A stretch of DNA of 64,000 nt from Eledone cirrhosa (Eukaryota): the NCBI GenBank assembly GCA_964016885.1, contig OZ024740.1, forward strand, positions 350,610,001 through 350,674,000, read 5' to 3'. Positions 14,330-27,266 of the stretch are shown piece by piece. Numbering within the stretch: position 1 is the stretch's first letter; every line of letters starts with the position of its first letter. The translations under genes were made by a program, and so were the position numbers. Under the pieces are notes generated by a model, which worked only from the letters and a program-made list of their open reading frames with translations, made no database searches and was not told where the DNA came from.

Positions 14330-14612
14330 GTGTGGTATTTCGTGGTTGGTCCGTCGAAGTGATGGCATCGCTAGCCGGGCCAACACCATATCAATTCTTT
14401 GTTTATATTTTGCTATGTAATTATGCACCATTAAAGGAAGTTATTGGAATCCGGCCTTCTTATATTTTTAAATATTACTCACACACGATCCCACCCAACG
14501 TACCCGAATCCATTCCAGTTACCCACTACCACTATAATGATGCGGACTTTACAAAGAAACAATAAGCAGTATATTTAGTATAAGGAAAGTGTTTTCAGCT
14601 GTTTCAAGCTAA
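14330..14612 (+). mobile_element. (TA)n-flanked non-coding element; copy of 18376-18747 lacking ~88 bp
   Basis: Direct repeat GTGGTATTTCGTGGTTGGTCCGTCGAAG...CAGCTGTTTCAAGCTAA. Confidence 0.8.
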
Positions 14613-14619
14613 TATATAT

Positions 14620-14653
<34 letters not shown>

Positions 14654-14655
<2 letters not shown>

Positions 14656-15543
14656 GAAAATAGAGAAATTAATGTGAGCAGGAAGCCAACAGTATTTCAT
14701 AATATATAAGTGACTATAACGCCAAAATGGAAAATAATTGACGTAAGATATGGGAGAATAACCCAAATTCAATTTTTAAAAAATCAAGACAGAGATTTTA
14801 TCCACAGATTTTGTGAAATCCAGGGAAAAAACCAATAGAGTCTTAACTCAGAATAAAATAAAATTTAAATACTCATCCTTCAATTTGGAAAAACTACAAA
14901 TGCTCTATATAGTCTTAAAAAGACTATTTCACTAAACTTTTCAGTGGGATTAGTCACGGTTTATCATACATCAGTAGAGCTCAACACGATAACCAATATA
15001 CCACTGCCAAAATATGCCAGAAAGGGAATTTAAAAGCAAGCTAGTTCACCTCGTGCGGAATTATGAAAATAAACACGTGGAGAAACATGGCTGGTGACGT
15101 CAGAATGAGACGAATGTCTATTTACAAGAAACAGCAGTCAGAAACATTCCGAAAAAATTCTACAAAATGTAAGGAGTTCAGCAAAATAGCAATATTATCG
15201 CGTTTTTTTTTTAAAAAGACCGGGATTAGTCACAAATAATTTTAAGCACTCTAGGAAAAATTCCGAGTGTAAATATAAATGAAAATAGAGAAATTAATGT
15301 GAGAAAGAAGCCAACAGTATTTCATAATATATAAGTGACTATAACGCCAAAATGGAAAATAATTAACGTAAGATATGGGAGAATAATCCAAACTCAATTT
15401 AAAAAAAATCAAGGCAGAGATTTTATCCACAGATTTTGTGAAATCCAGGGAAAAAACCAATAGAGTCTTAACTCAGAATAAAATAAAGTTTAAATACTCA
15501 TCCTTCAATTTGGAAAAACTACAAATGCCCTATATAGTCTTAA
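14654..15543 (-). mobile_element. Retrozyme-like element, 625-bp unit with ~265-bp terminal redundancy
   Basis: 14654-14917 repeats at 15279-15543 (offset 625). Internal hammerhead; (TA)n on both sides; no credible ORF. Confidence 0.7.
14902..14980 (-). ncRNA. Type I hammerhead ribozyme (core variant CUGAUGU)
   Basis: Stem I GCTCTA/TAGAGC, CTGATGT, stem II TAAAC/GTTTA, GAAA, stem III ATAGTCTT-TTT-AAGACTAT, AUA site. Confidence 0.7.
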
Positions 15544-15599
<56 letters not shown>

Positions 15600-15605
<6 letters not shown>

Positions 15606-16860
15606 ATAAGCACACGTGACACACAAATCAACATTTTAAGTAAGGGCCTGAAATTTACACCTACACCACGTAAACCAAACTTCCCCGAAATGAAGGATGA
15701 CATCATGGAATACTGCCGAAAGCTGCGACTAACGGAATTCTTCCACAACGACACCAACACTGAAGACGAATCACTGGTTAGAAATAAAAGCAATTTCTGC
15801 CCACAAAAGGGAAGAAATAAAGCACTGGACACGTACTGCGAACACATCACCAACTTTCCCTATGAAAAAATTACAAATAAACACACGAAATCAAACCTAT
15901 CTACACACGAATGGGAAGAATTATTTACACTTAGAAACAACCCTGAGATAACTATCAAAGAAGCCGATAAAGGCAGTACTGTTGTCATTATGAATACGGA
16001 CTACTATAGGACCCTCGCACTTAACATTTTAGAAAACAACACATACTATGAAAAAACAGAAAACTACAAACACACCAAAACAATGGAGAACCTTTTGACC
16101 TTACTGAATAAATACCGCAACAGCTTAACCACAAAAGAGTTTAACTATATAAGCCACTTCAAATGCAATACAAGCTCTTTTTACGGCTTACCGAAACTCC
16201 ACAAATGTAAACCCATAAACGATGCATGTGACACCTCAACCAACAATTACATTGAACTAACACCACCAGAAGACCTAAAACTCAGGCCAATTATAGCAGG
16301 CCCTACATGTGAAACCCACAGACTTAGCAACTTTCTGGACATCCTACTCAAACCCTTTCTACAACATATATAGAGCTACATACGAGATGACCTTGACATG
16401 CTGAAACACCTCCCTAAAACAGTAAGTGCAAATACAATTCTTGTCTCCTTTGACGTAATAAACCTCTACACAAACATACCCCACAACTATGGAATAACAG
16501 CAGTCCAATACTGGCTTAACACACACCCCTCAGAAATACCGACACGCATCAACAAAGATTTTATCACTGACGGACTCCGCTTTATCCTACAAAATAACTA
16601 CTTCACATTCAATGGTTCAACATACAGACAAATATCAGGTACGGCAATGGGCACGAAAGTAGCACCCACATATGCCAACCTAGTCATGGGATTCCATGAA
16701 CAACAAATATACAGTCAGTCCCTTCTCTTATTTGGAGACTCTTTCCACACACACCTCAAAGCCAATTGGAAAAGATATCTAGACGACTGCTTTATCCTAT
16801 GGCAAGAAGACATGAACTCACTTACTATGTTTAAAAACATGATAAACAACATAGATAATA
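15600..16860 (+). pseudogene. Penelope-like reverse transcriptase (one in-frame TAG, 3'-truncated)
   Basis: LSKGLKFTPTP, IKEADKGSTVVIMN, FYGLPKLHK, LRPII, SFDVINLYTNIPH, QISGTAMGTKVAPTYANLVMG, WKRYLDDCF; TAG at 16371-16373. Confidence 0.93.
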
Positions 16861-18345
16861 ATATTGCCAGAATTAATATCAGAACACACTCACTCTTTGG
16901 TTGGTTTTCGCTTCTGTGTCCTTTATATCGGTTAATTTAATTTATTCGGTCCTCAATGTTACCATTGACTGACCAACGGTCAAAAATACAGATACAATAT
17001 AGACACAAACACATATATATAGTCTAACAAAGTTCTTCCGTTGCACATCTGCAACATCGTCAGTAGTGCTATTATGTTTCCTCCCGTTGCATTGTATGCC
17101 TACGCCATCTGTATTTAGTCTGTTTATTTATTTTTTTATTTGTTTATTTTTTTGTCTTCTCTGCGCATGTGTTTGCGTGTGTGTATAGTGTTTTGTTTGA
17201 TGTGTGTTCGTATTTGGGTGACTGTGTATGGTTATTGTATTCTATCTTAGTTTGCTAGTGTGTGTTTATATGTGTTTGTTGTTATTGTGCTTGTGCATGT
17301 ATGTATTTATTTATTTATTTATACTTCTCTTAGGTCAGTGTTGTTTGTTTGGGTGTTGTTATTCCATTCATTTTTTCTGTTTAGCCTTGGCCTTCTAAGT
17401 TCTATTTCGCTGGCCTCTCTGATTTGCCTATCTGCTGGGTCATTTCTATGTTTAGATATTATTCTAATTTCTATGTTGTCTATGTTACCGTCATGTTGTT
17501 GTCTGGCATGTTCCTATAGTACTGAACCGTTTTTTCGTCCTTTTAGTTCCCCCCCAGTGTTGTTCTATCCTTTCACCTATGCTACGAGCTGTCTCGCCTA
17601 TGTATGTTGTTGTCATGTTTCTGCAAGTACCCTCTGTATATCTTATGCTATAGACTACATTTCTAGTTTTACAGTTTATCCGGGGGTTTACTTTACATAT
17701 GATACATTTCCTATTAGTACAGTATGTTTTCTTAAAAGAGTATGTTTTGCTGATCAGGGATTTTATGGTGGTTCCTGGCTTTTCTACCACCTTAATCTTT
17801 AAGTGGGTCTTTCTCAGGGCCTTTCTACACTGGTTAGCTAATTTCCTTCCAGGGGTAGCGTCCACAAACATGAGACTCTGGTATCTATGGTTGTCGTACC
17901 ATGAGGTGGCTTTCCCTATCTTATGTCTAGTCCTATCTAAGCTATTCCATGATTTGCTCCTGTATAATGGGCAAATTCCTTTCATGTCCAGTTCTATGAG
18001 GGTCTTATACTTCTCCGTAGCTCATTCGTATACTCTGATTCTGTCTCTTTCGTTGTAGCAAGAGAACTGCATGCGGTTGATGAAGTGTTGGATGTGTCTT
18101 TCCATTTCTGTTGGGTCGCACATGCGGGACACGTTCTTCATCACTCGTACCAAGTCTGCAATCAGAATATTAAACTTTGCACTACTGGACATTGCTGAGT
18201 TTTTGAGTATCAGATATTTGGAGGCCATGGGTTTAGCATAGTGTGAGTGGAGAATTTAGGCTCTCTCGTCTATAGTGTTCATCCACAGTTCCGTGTCTAA
18301 TACAGGTAGTCTATTGTTAGGGTGTTTGGAAGGGTAACTATCAAC
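16858..18345 (-). mobile_element. 5'-truncated Penelope-like element (RT thumb, Cys linker, GIY-YIG, 3' pLTR with hammerhead motif)
   Basis: NRLPVLDTELW, CTNRKCIICK...NCKTRNVVY...YIGETARSIGERIEQH, RQIREA...RPRLNRKNEW. 3' part matches 1-330. Confidence 0.85.
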
Positions 18346-18375
18346 TACCCTTCCAAATACCCTAACATTATATAC

Positions 18376-18747
18376 GTGGTATTTCGTGGTTGGTCCGTCG
18401 AAGTGATGGCAACGCTAGCCGGGCCACCACCATATCAATTCTTTGTTTATATTTTGCTATAACCTTTTACGTTCATAACATCTTATAACATCACCGATTG
18501 CTTTGCTTCATGGTCTGATGAGGTGAGCCAGCCACAGAAATACTTATTATGTAATTATGCACCATTAAAGGAAGTTATTGGAATCCGGCCTTCTTATATT
18601 TTTAAACATTACTCACACACGATCCCAGCCAACGTACAAGATTCCATTCTAATTACCCACTACCACTATAATGATGCGGACTTAACAAAGAAACAATAAG
18701 CAGTATATTTAGTATAAGGAAAATTGTTTCAGCTGTTTCAAGCTAAT
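18376..18747 (+). mobile_element. (TA)n-associated non-coding element with degenerate hammerhead (18515-18548)
   Basis: Repeat of 14330-14612 plus an extra segment containing CTGATGA-GGTG...CACA-GAAA. Confidence 0.65.
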
Positions 18748-18896
18748 ATATATATATTAGAAAGTGAGGTTTTTTTTTACAAAATGAAAAATAACCGAGG
18801 TGTCCTACACGAGTGAAAGTATAAAGAAAAAAAAAATGAAATCGAAAATGCAACTGGAATCTTATTTTTAAAAAAAGATATATATTTATTTGGTTC

Positions 18897-18932
18897 CTTT
18901 ACCGGTTTCGCAGTTCTTCTGCTTTTCAAAAG
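18897..18932 (-). ncRNA. Degenerate minimal hammerhead ribozyme
   Basis: CTT-TTGAAAA-GCAG-AAGAA-CTGC-GAAA-CCGG-TA-AAG. Stems intact; core has 2 changes from CTGAAGA. Confidence 0.55.
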
Positions 18933-18989
18933 TAGAGTTGAGATGGAGGATCTGTGGTTTTTCTCACATATATATATATATATATAAAA

Positions 18990-19755
18990 CACTGAGGATG
19001 TCTGTCTGTGTGAGTGTGAGTTCGAATCCCTAAAACTCGAGAACTACCTACCCGACTGTTTTCAAACTTTACACATGTAATACTTATGTTTCAGGGAGTG
19101 TTCTGAGCAAAGAAGATTTCAAATTTTCTATACCCTAAGGACCGCATTAGGCGATTTAGCGATCTCTCTCTATAATTCTTAGTCTTTCTCTTTCTAGATA
19201 AATACATACATATAACGTCGCGCCCTTATAATATCTGTCTGTATGTCTGATGTCTGCATTACGTCACTTCCCTGAGGATGTCTGTCTGTGTGTGTGTGTG
19301 GGGGGGGTGTCTGTATGTGTCTGTGTCTGTGAGCTTGAATCCCTAAAACTCGAGAAGTATCCAACCTACTTTTTTCAAACTTTACATGTGTATTATGTAT
19401 GTTTGAGGGAGTGTTATACACATAAAAAATTCAACTTTTTGATCCCCTAGGGCCCGCATTAGTTGAAAAACTGTGTTTTTTTCAGGTTTCTAGAGGTTTT
19501 TTGAGGCGTTACGTCAGACAGATTTCCTTGAAATTGTAACTATGTATTAGTCAGTCTCTTCTTAATACCGTGAGCAAAGAAAATCCAACTTTTTTATGGC
19601 CTAGGGTCCGCATTAGGTGAAAAACTTCATTTTTTCAGCCTTTTAGGGCTTTTTTGAGGCGTTACGTCTAGCCGATTTTCCCAAAATTTCAAGGCATATT
19701 ATGCACATAAAAAAAATTCATTTGATTCCCTAGGGCCCGTATTAGGTGAAACCTG
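18990..19755 (+). mobile_element. Putative Helitron/Helentron-derived (DINE-1/HINE-like) non-autonomous element with internal subrepeats
   Basis: (GTCT)n-like tract, AAACTCGAGAA...CCGA.T.TTTTCAAACTT motif, repeated CCCTAGGGCCCGCATTAGGTGAAA units. Confidence 0.45.
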
Positions 19756-19759
19756 CATT

Positions 19760-20158
19760 TAATTAAGCATACAGTGTATTGCAAAATACACTATATATAC
19801 ATTCATATATATATAGCTATTTCAGAGCACCAATTCTAATTTTCAATTTCTGCTTGACTGGCAACCGCTCTGTATAATCAGTTCCTGATTATTTACTAGA
19901 ATTCTATAAGAACCAAACATCCAGGTTCTCAGCAGACAGGAGGAGTAGTTGGCTTTAATAAGCATCAATAAATGCCAAACAAGGCCTTGTCAGCTTTATC
20001 TCCCCCTGTTTGCTGAAATTAAAGTAAGCGAGTCTGTCACTACTCTAAAACAATAGCATAAGGTCTTCGAAATGTTTTTAATTAAGCATACAGCGTATTG
20101 CAAAATACGCTATATATACATTCATATATAGCTATTTCAGAGCACCAATTCTAATTTT

Positions 20159-20161
<3 letters not shown>
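19760..20161 (+). mobile_element. Retrozyme-like element, 319-bp unit with ~85-bp terminal redundancy
   Basis: 19760-19846 repeats at 20079-20161. Decayed hammerhead at 19951-19995; ends in (TA)n; same family as 35345-35970. Confidence 0.7.
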
Positions 20162-20216
<55 letters not shown>

Positions 20217-20218
20217 AT

Positions 20219-20286
<68 letters not shown>

Positions 20287-20310
20287 GTATATATGTATAT
20301 ATATATACGC

Positions 20311-20383
<73 letters not shown>

Positions 20384-21149
20384 TATATACATATATATAT
20401 ATATAGTGTGAGTAGTACAGTGAAATACTGGTGTTGGTACCACCAAATCAAGCACTCTATACACAGTCAGAGCGTATATAATAGGGAAAAAAACGAGGAA
20501 ATATATATATATATATATATATACTTTCAGCCATACGGATGGTCAAATAATTATTGTTCCATATCACAGAAAACCAAAGATTAGGCATTACAATGGTATA
20601 ATCCGCCAAAGCTAAAGAAAGCTTGTCAACTGTGAAGCAAAACCAAGTTGGTGTTGACTTCCGCCTTTGACTATCTACCGACGCGTTGCACGTTACGAAG
20701 AAGCACCAGACATAAACAGTTACAAGAAGTCCTCCGAAGTGCTATTGATGCAGTTCGGCGCACGAGACCGAATCTGCGGATCTTGCTTTCGTCAGATCCA
20801 TAGCTTCATCATGACACCACCCTGGCAGCTGATCCAAGTAATTTGCTGTTTCGCCAGGCTACATACTCTCCATATATATCTTCTTGTGATTTCTGGTGAA
20901 GCTGAGAGCCATTCCGGAAGAATGTATGGAGAGGATTGGCAATTAAACCCCGCCATGTAAGTATTTTTTAGCCAAATCGAAGTCGGTTACTTTTTTGACA
21001 AACATCATAAGGATGAATAAATAAATGTATGTATGAATGTATATTAGCTTTCCACCAGAAAGGCTGGAAACAAAAGACATTCAATGATAAGTTATTTCTT
21101 TTAGAAAAGAAAACCGTGGATGTGTATGCGTTTTAAAATATGTAAAAGA

Positions 21150-21930
21150 TACTGAAGCACAATGTTAGGCTAAAATGTTAGTTTTGAAGAAGGAGACACA
21201 GAGAACAAACTAAATCTTGTTTTATAAAGATACGGATAATGAATCACCATTGTCTAGAATATGCAGAGATAGAATATATGTCTAAAGAGAAGCATTGTAC
21301 ATTTGATTAGTGAACAACAAAAGCCAGCCGAATGGAATGACAAAAATGGAAGACAGTGTACGGATTGCACATTCGATATTATTTGGAATGCATGAATTAG
21401 AAAAGACGAAGAGATGGTATAAATTCCATCTCGAGAATAATTGAAATTGATGTCACTAAAATTCTTTATGATCTCACCATCCGAAGTGATAATGGTAGAT
21501 CATAATCAACAAGATATATGATTGTATTTCTATGTACTTTGAAAACGGATATGTAAAATAAATCGATGTTGCAATACCTAGACAGGAAATCAGTATGGAA
21601 GTTAGAAATCGATATGACAGTAATTGTCTTGATAGGAACTGAAATCCAGAAGGGAAAATAAACATTTCGAAAAACTTGAGAAGTAACAAAATCTCAATCT
21701 TGAAATGGTGTCATTCATTTCCATGTTGCTGATGTCTAGACACGTGTCACTGTTGGTCAGATATGAAGATAAATGTAATGCTAGAAAGTGTACATCGTTG
21801 ATTAGATATGCTATTAACAAAGACAACATTTTAAATTAGAATAGAATCTTCAGAAAACCTGATTTGCTTAGAACAACTTCTATGAATAGTTAGTTGAGTA
21901 GCAAAGATCTAAAATAAATACGAAATGTGT
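21150..21930 (+). pseudogene. Highly decayed Dong/R4-like restriction-like-endonuclease (RLE) retrotransposon 3' region
   Basis: Remnants of CRIC, RWY, KIL.D and IDVAIP motifs with many indels. Confidence 0.5.
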
Positions 21931-21999
21931 TGTTACTTGTTAATATCCTCCCATAAAAACAACACTAACCACTCTACCATTATGAAATTGAGAACGGAA

Positions 22000-22462
22000 A
22001 TAATGATGATAATGGTGATGATGATGTTGATGATGATGACGACGATGATGACGATGATTGTGATGATAATAATGATAATGATGATGATGATGATAATGAA
22101 AAGGATGATGACGACGATGATGATATTGATGATGGTGATGATAATAATGATAATGATGGTGATGATGATGATGATGAAGATGATGACGACGACGATGATG
22201 ATATTGATGATGATGATCATGATCATGATCATGAAGATGTTGATGATAATAATAATGATGACGATGACGATGACGACGACGACGACGACGATGATGATGC
22301 TAACGGCGATGACGATGACGATGATGATGATGATGATGACGATGACGATGACGATGACGATGCTGCTGCTGATGATGATGATGATGGTGGTGATGATGGT
22401 GGTGATGATGATGACGATGACGATGATGATGACGACGACGACGACGACGACGATGATGATGG

Positions 22463-22493
<31 letters not shown>

Positions 22494-22495
22494 GG

Positions 22496-22588
<93 letters not shown>

Positions 22589-22612
22589 CGACGACGACGA
22601 CGACGATGATGA
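22000..22612. repeat. Compound (GAT/GAC/GGT/AAT)n trinucleotide repeat
   Basis: Direct reading. Confidence 0.97.
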
Positions 22613-23019
22613 TTAGAAAGAAAAAAGAAAGTTTCCTAATAGAAGACATTAGTCTCAAATGTCTGGAGGTGGGAAATAATAAGTGATAGCAGCACCAAAA
22701 CCTTTCCACGGGGAACATTAGCAAAGTAAGTGTGGAGATCAAAATACGACTACAAATTCCTTCTTGTAGATAATTTGCATCTTTACCGGTAGCTCATCCT
22801 AATAATTTCACGTGTTTGGCATTCATCATTTGTGGTGAGTAACAGGAGCCACTTGATTTGCCCGTGGAAGTGACGCAACATCAACGTTATACTTCTAAGA
22901 AATCACCAACCGTTTACCCATTGCTATTTTTTTAAATATCCTTACATTTCAACATTCATGTACATACATACATATATACACATGATCACACGCCCACAAA
23001 CACATAAGAGTCATCGTAT

Positions 23020-23388
<369 letters not shown>

Positions 23389-23959
23389 CCTAATGAAACA
23401 CCCTATTCAAACGACTGAATGTTACCGGGAAAAGATATATCCTGTATATCAATCCGCCATTCATTAATAACGTGGAAACTAAAATCTCTAGAAAATTCTT
23501 AGCGTTAACCAGAAGGTATTTGTTACTATAGAAGTGGTTTGAGCTGACATTTTAGCCCAATTAGTGCCGCTACATTGCTAAAATTGCTGCAGCAATCTCT
23601 CCTAATAATGTTGCTCTACTGCTTAGACAGTAAAAAGCAACAAAAAGCAGTTAATGATACACTCCTAATTTTATTATATATTTTGATATACACATATCCA
23701 GTTAGATTAATCTCATTACAGAGATACCACATACAACTAGGCAAATGTTTCTTGTTCTACTTTCCTTCAGGAAAAATAGACTTTTCTAAGATTTTTTATA
23801 GCTGTTTGCTAAATATACAATATAATAGATACATTCAGAAATTCTGTGATGAGAAAGAAACTTGAAAATGAGTGTATAAAAAAAAAAGAAACGTGCCAAC
23901 TCATATGTTATAATAGTAAGGACATTCGAATATACAGCTAGAATGACACCTGAAGAAAG

Positions 23960-24020
<61 letters not shown>

Positions 24021-24299
24021 TATGTATATATATTTGTTTCTTCAACATAATATTTCTATAGAAATGAGAGGAAAATTATAATGATAGTGTGGTCAGTAAT
24101 TGATAGCGCCAAACTTTATATAAATCAGTGAACGAATGACGAGGAACGTTGCCTAGGGTCGCCTGCTAGATGAAAACAATAATAAAGAACCTACTACAAT
24201 ACTTCATGGAAAATGCCAAAACATTCGTATCAATAAAAGAAATTACACCACTAGTTATAGGAACAAACATTTTATAAATAAATAATTCTACTAAAAAAT

Positions 24300-24620
24300 A
24301 TTAACGGACCTTGTTTGACCGGGTTTGTGAAACAAAATGGTTCTGATAGGTGGCCATTTAGCCTGCCCACCAAAGAGATAGTGCAGTACATTGAAGTGAT
24401 CTTGCTTCTGAAAATGGGGACACTAATTGATTTTATATCAGCCGCTAAATAACGATACATGACACTATAAAAATATTACAATTGATCCAAATTGATCAGA
24501 TCCCCTACTGAAGCCAGATTTCTTGCCACCCACTCTTTCTAGGATGCTTTGCATTGGGTGGAGGTTGTCGTGAATAGATCATGTTTTAGTAACTACACAA
24601 GCGACAGCGGCAAGTAACAA
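24300..24620 (-). pseudogene. Old Tx1-like RT fragment
   Basis: RLNGHLSEPF...VKQG and SIHDNLH motifs match ORF2 at 53096-55729. Confidence 0.75.
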
Positions 24621-24856
24621 TTTGCATATATTATTATTATATAGAGACGTGAGCATAGGCTCAAGGCGTCTGCCATTAACCATTAATTTCATTCAACTCT
24701 GTATCTACAGAGTCTTCTTAAATTGTGAAATTGAGGTAGTCATTCACCATTTCTTTTTCCTCTCTCTCTCTTATTGAAACATGCGTAAGACAAATAAAAT
24801 ATCTTAAATTTCTTCATCTTCCTTTAACATTCATTATTATTTACGTCGGTTATTTA

Positions 24857-25080
24857 GGGCGGTGGATTGGCAGTACCGGTAGAGCATCAGGCACCATGCT
24901 TTTCAGTACAGAGTTATGGCCCTTTACGTCCTGAGTTCAAATCCTGCCGTGGTTAGCTTTGCCTTACATCCTTAAAGAGTCGATAAAATAAAGCACCAGT
25001 AGTGCACTGAAGTCAATTCAATCGAATTTCCCCTTCCCCCAAATTGCTGGCCTTGTGCCTAAAGTAGAAACAATTATTAT
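24857..25080 (+). mobile_element. tRNA-derived SINE family A (near full length)
   Basis: GGGCGGTGGATTGGCAG head, GAGTTCAAATCC B box, conserved core, tail GTAGAAACAATTATT. Confidence 0.8.
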
Positions 25081-25289
25081 TTATGTCATCTCTACATCTG
25101 TATTCATACAAGACATGTCAGATTTGATTAGTCAGTCTAATTCCTAATACTGCACTGATTATACCTGTTATGAATAGATTCTGCTTTTTGTTTTGCTCTT
25201 TGATATTGTTTATGTTCTTGCTAACTGTAGAACTACATCGAGATGATAATTTGTTAGCATAACTTTCTTCACCTGAACCTTTATCCTCG

Positions 25290-25450
<161 letters not shown>

Positions 25451-25804
25451 TATAGATATATACATTATATACATGCATATAAACACACATTCATACATGC
25501 ATCAAAATTGGCGAGATTTCGCCTTCTCTGAAAATCTAAAAGGTCGATGACAGCTGCCGATATCCTAGGCAAGATCATATTGTCAGATATGATGAACCCG
25601 TAAATAAGGAGACGGAAAGATATGAATAGCTCAGGGGAGTAAACAATATGGTCATCGGAACTGTGATCCTTCAACAGGCTCATAGCTCACAACACATTTG
25701 TTTTGTTCATACCTATGTCAACACTTGGTCTTCTGGACTGGTGGAAGTAAAATCTTGCACGCTACTCAGTGTTATTGGAAGTGTTAGCATCAAGTGCAAT
25801 GTGT

Positions 25805-25861
25805 CATACTATATCACTGACCACATTGCATCAAGTGCAATGTGGTCAGTGATATAGTATG
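25805..25861. repeat. Perfect 26-bp inverted repeat with 5-nt loop
   Basis: CATACTATATCACTGACCACATTGCA-TCAAG-TGCAATGTGGTCAGTGATATAGTATG. Confidence 0.9.
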
Positions 25862-26454
25862 GACCAGTTTTGAACAAGCGTGTTATCGAAGACGAAATTA
25901 AGATCAAATAGTGATCACATATTGAGATTCGAGGCTCAAATGTATAGTGGTTGAAACAAAAAAATTAAAAAATAGCACCAATATAGTTGTTTAGTGCGAC
26001 AGGTTGAAAATATGCTCCTTTGTAGAAGTCATCTGCCCAGTCGATGTTAATGGAGTAAGAAAATACAAGAGAAACAGGGAATCTATTAACCATTAGGCAA
26101 TAATTTACAGATCCGCTGCCCAAAATACTCGTTCAGTTTCATACCTATTATTATTAGAGCTACAGTATTTAAACAAATTGACCTAGAACAAATTGAATTT
26201 GAATTATTCGGAGAAAACGTACATTTTATTTTACCTTATTAGCTGCAAATGACTACACTATCTGGAACCTTTAAAATATGCGTAGAGATTCAAAAGATGA
26301 ACGATTGTGTAATTTACAACGGTTATTTCGCTTTGTATACAACCTTGCCACTGAGAAGGTGGCCGGTAAAATAAACTCAAACTTTAGAAAAAGAGACATA
26401 CATGCCTACAACCAAAACTATACATTGTTACAAACACACACAAAGTTACATACT

Positions 26455-26529
26455 TACATATATACATACATACGTACATACATACGTGCATACATACATA
26501 CATACATACATACATACATACATACATAC

Positions 26530-26560
<31 letters not shown>

Positions 26561-26580
26561 CATACATACATACATACACA
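26455..26580. repeat. (TACA)n tetranucleotide repeat
   Basis: Direct reading. Confidence 0.95.
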
Positions 26581-27235
26581 CCAATACATATTATATACAT
26601 ACACTCACAAACAAAAACACATATTGTGTTTCATCCTTTGCTTTCTTTAAATAACAATAAAATATCTTAACCTATTGTATTCAAAATTAGACACGGAAAT
26701 AAGACGAAGTAATAAAAGATTTGAAGGTTATTTTATGGTTGGTTGAAGAAATAGGATTACCCCTACATTATCAAAGAAAACATTAGGTAAAAGAAGTGCG
26801 TGGTGGTGGTGGTGGTGGGGGGGGGGGTTTAAAGGAGAAGTATATTACTGTATGATGTAGAGTGTCACCTGTACCATCCTTAACACCACCATCTACCTTA
26901 ACAATGAAAAGGAAATAACAGTTCAGTGGTACTCTTTAGCAAGGTGAGAACATAAACCTTGGAGATAATTCTTAATTTGTTGCATGACGTAACAAAATAT
27001 TCTTTCACTCAATGCAATACGATATTACAACAAATAGAATGCTATCTTATCTCCATATAAACATACTCAAACACCTATACACACGCACACACGCATACTC
27101 ATACACATACAAAGAAAGAGAGAGAAAGAGAAACACATCAGTTCGCACACCTAGGTGCAATCCCTGATGTGTATATATAATAATATACATACGATATCCT
27201 ATATTATATATGTATGTACACACACACACACACAT

Positions 27236-27266
<31 letters not shown>

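Noticed and set aside
16371-16373. Possible recoded stop (selenocysteine, as in Naiad-type Penelope elements)
   Set aside because: The codon is TAG, not TGA, at a non-cysteine position. It is best explained as a nonsense mutation.
21925-22742. Poly-Met and poly-Ile ORFs of 253 and 269 aa
   Set aside because: Artefact of the (GAT)n repeat; no non-repetitive coding context.
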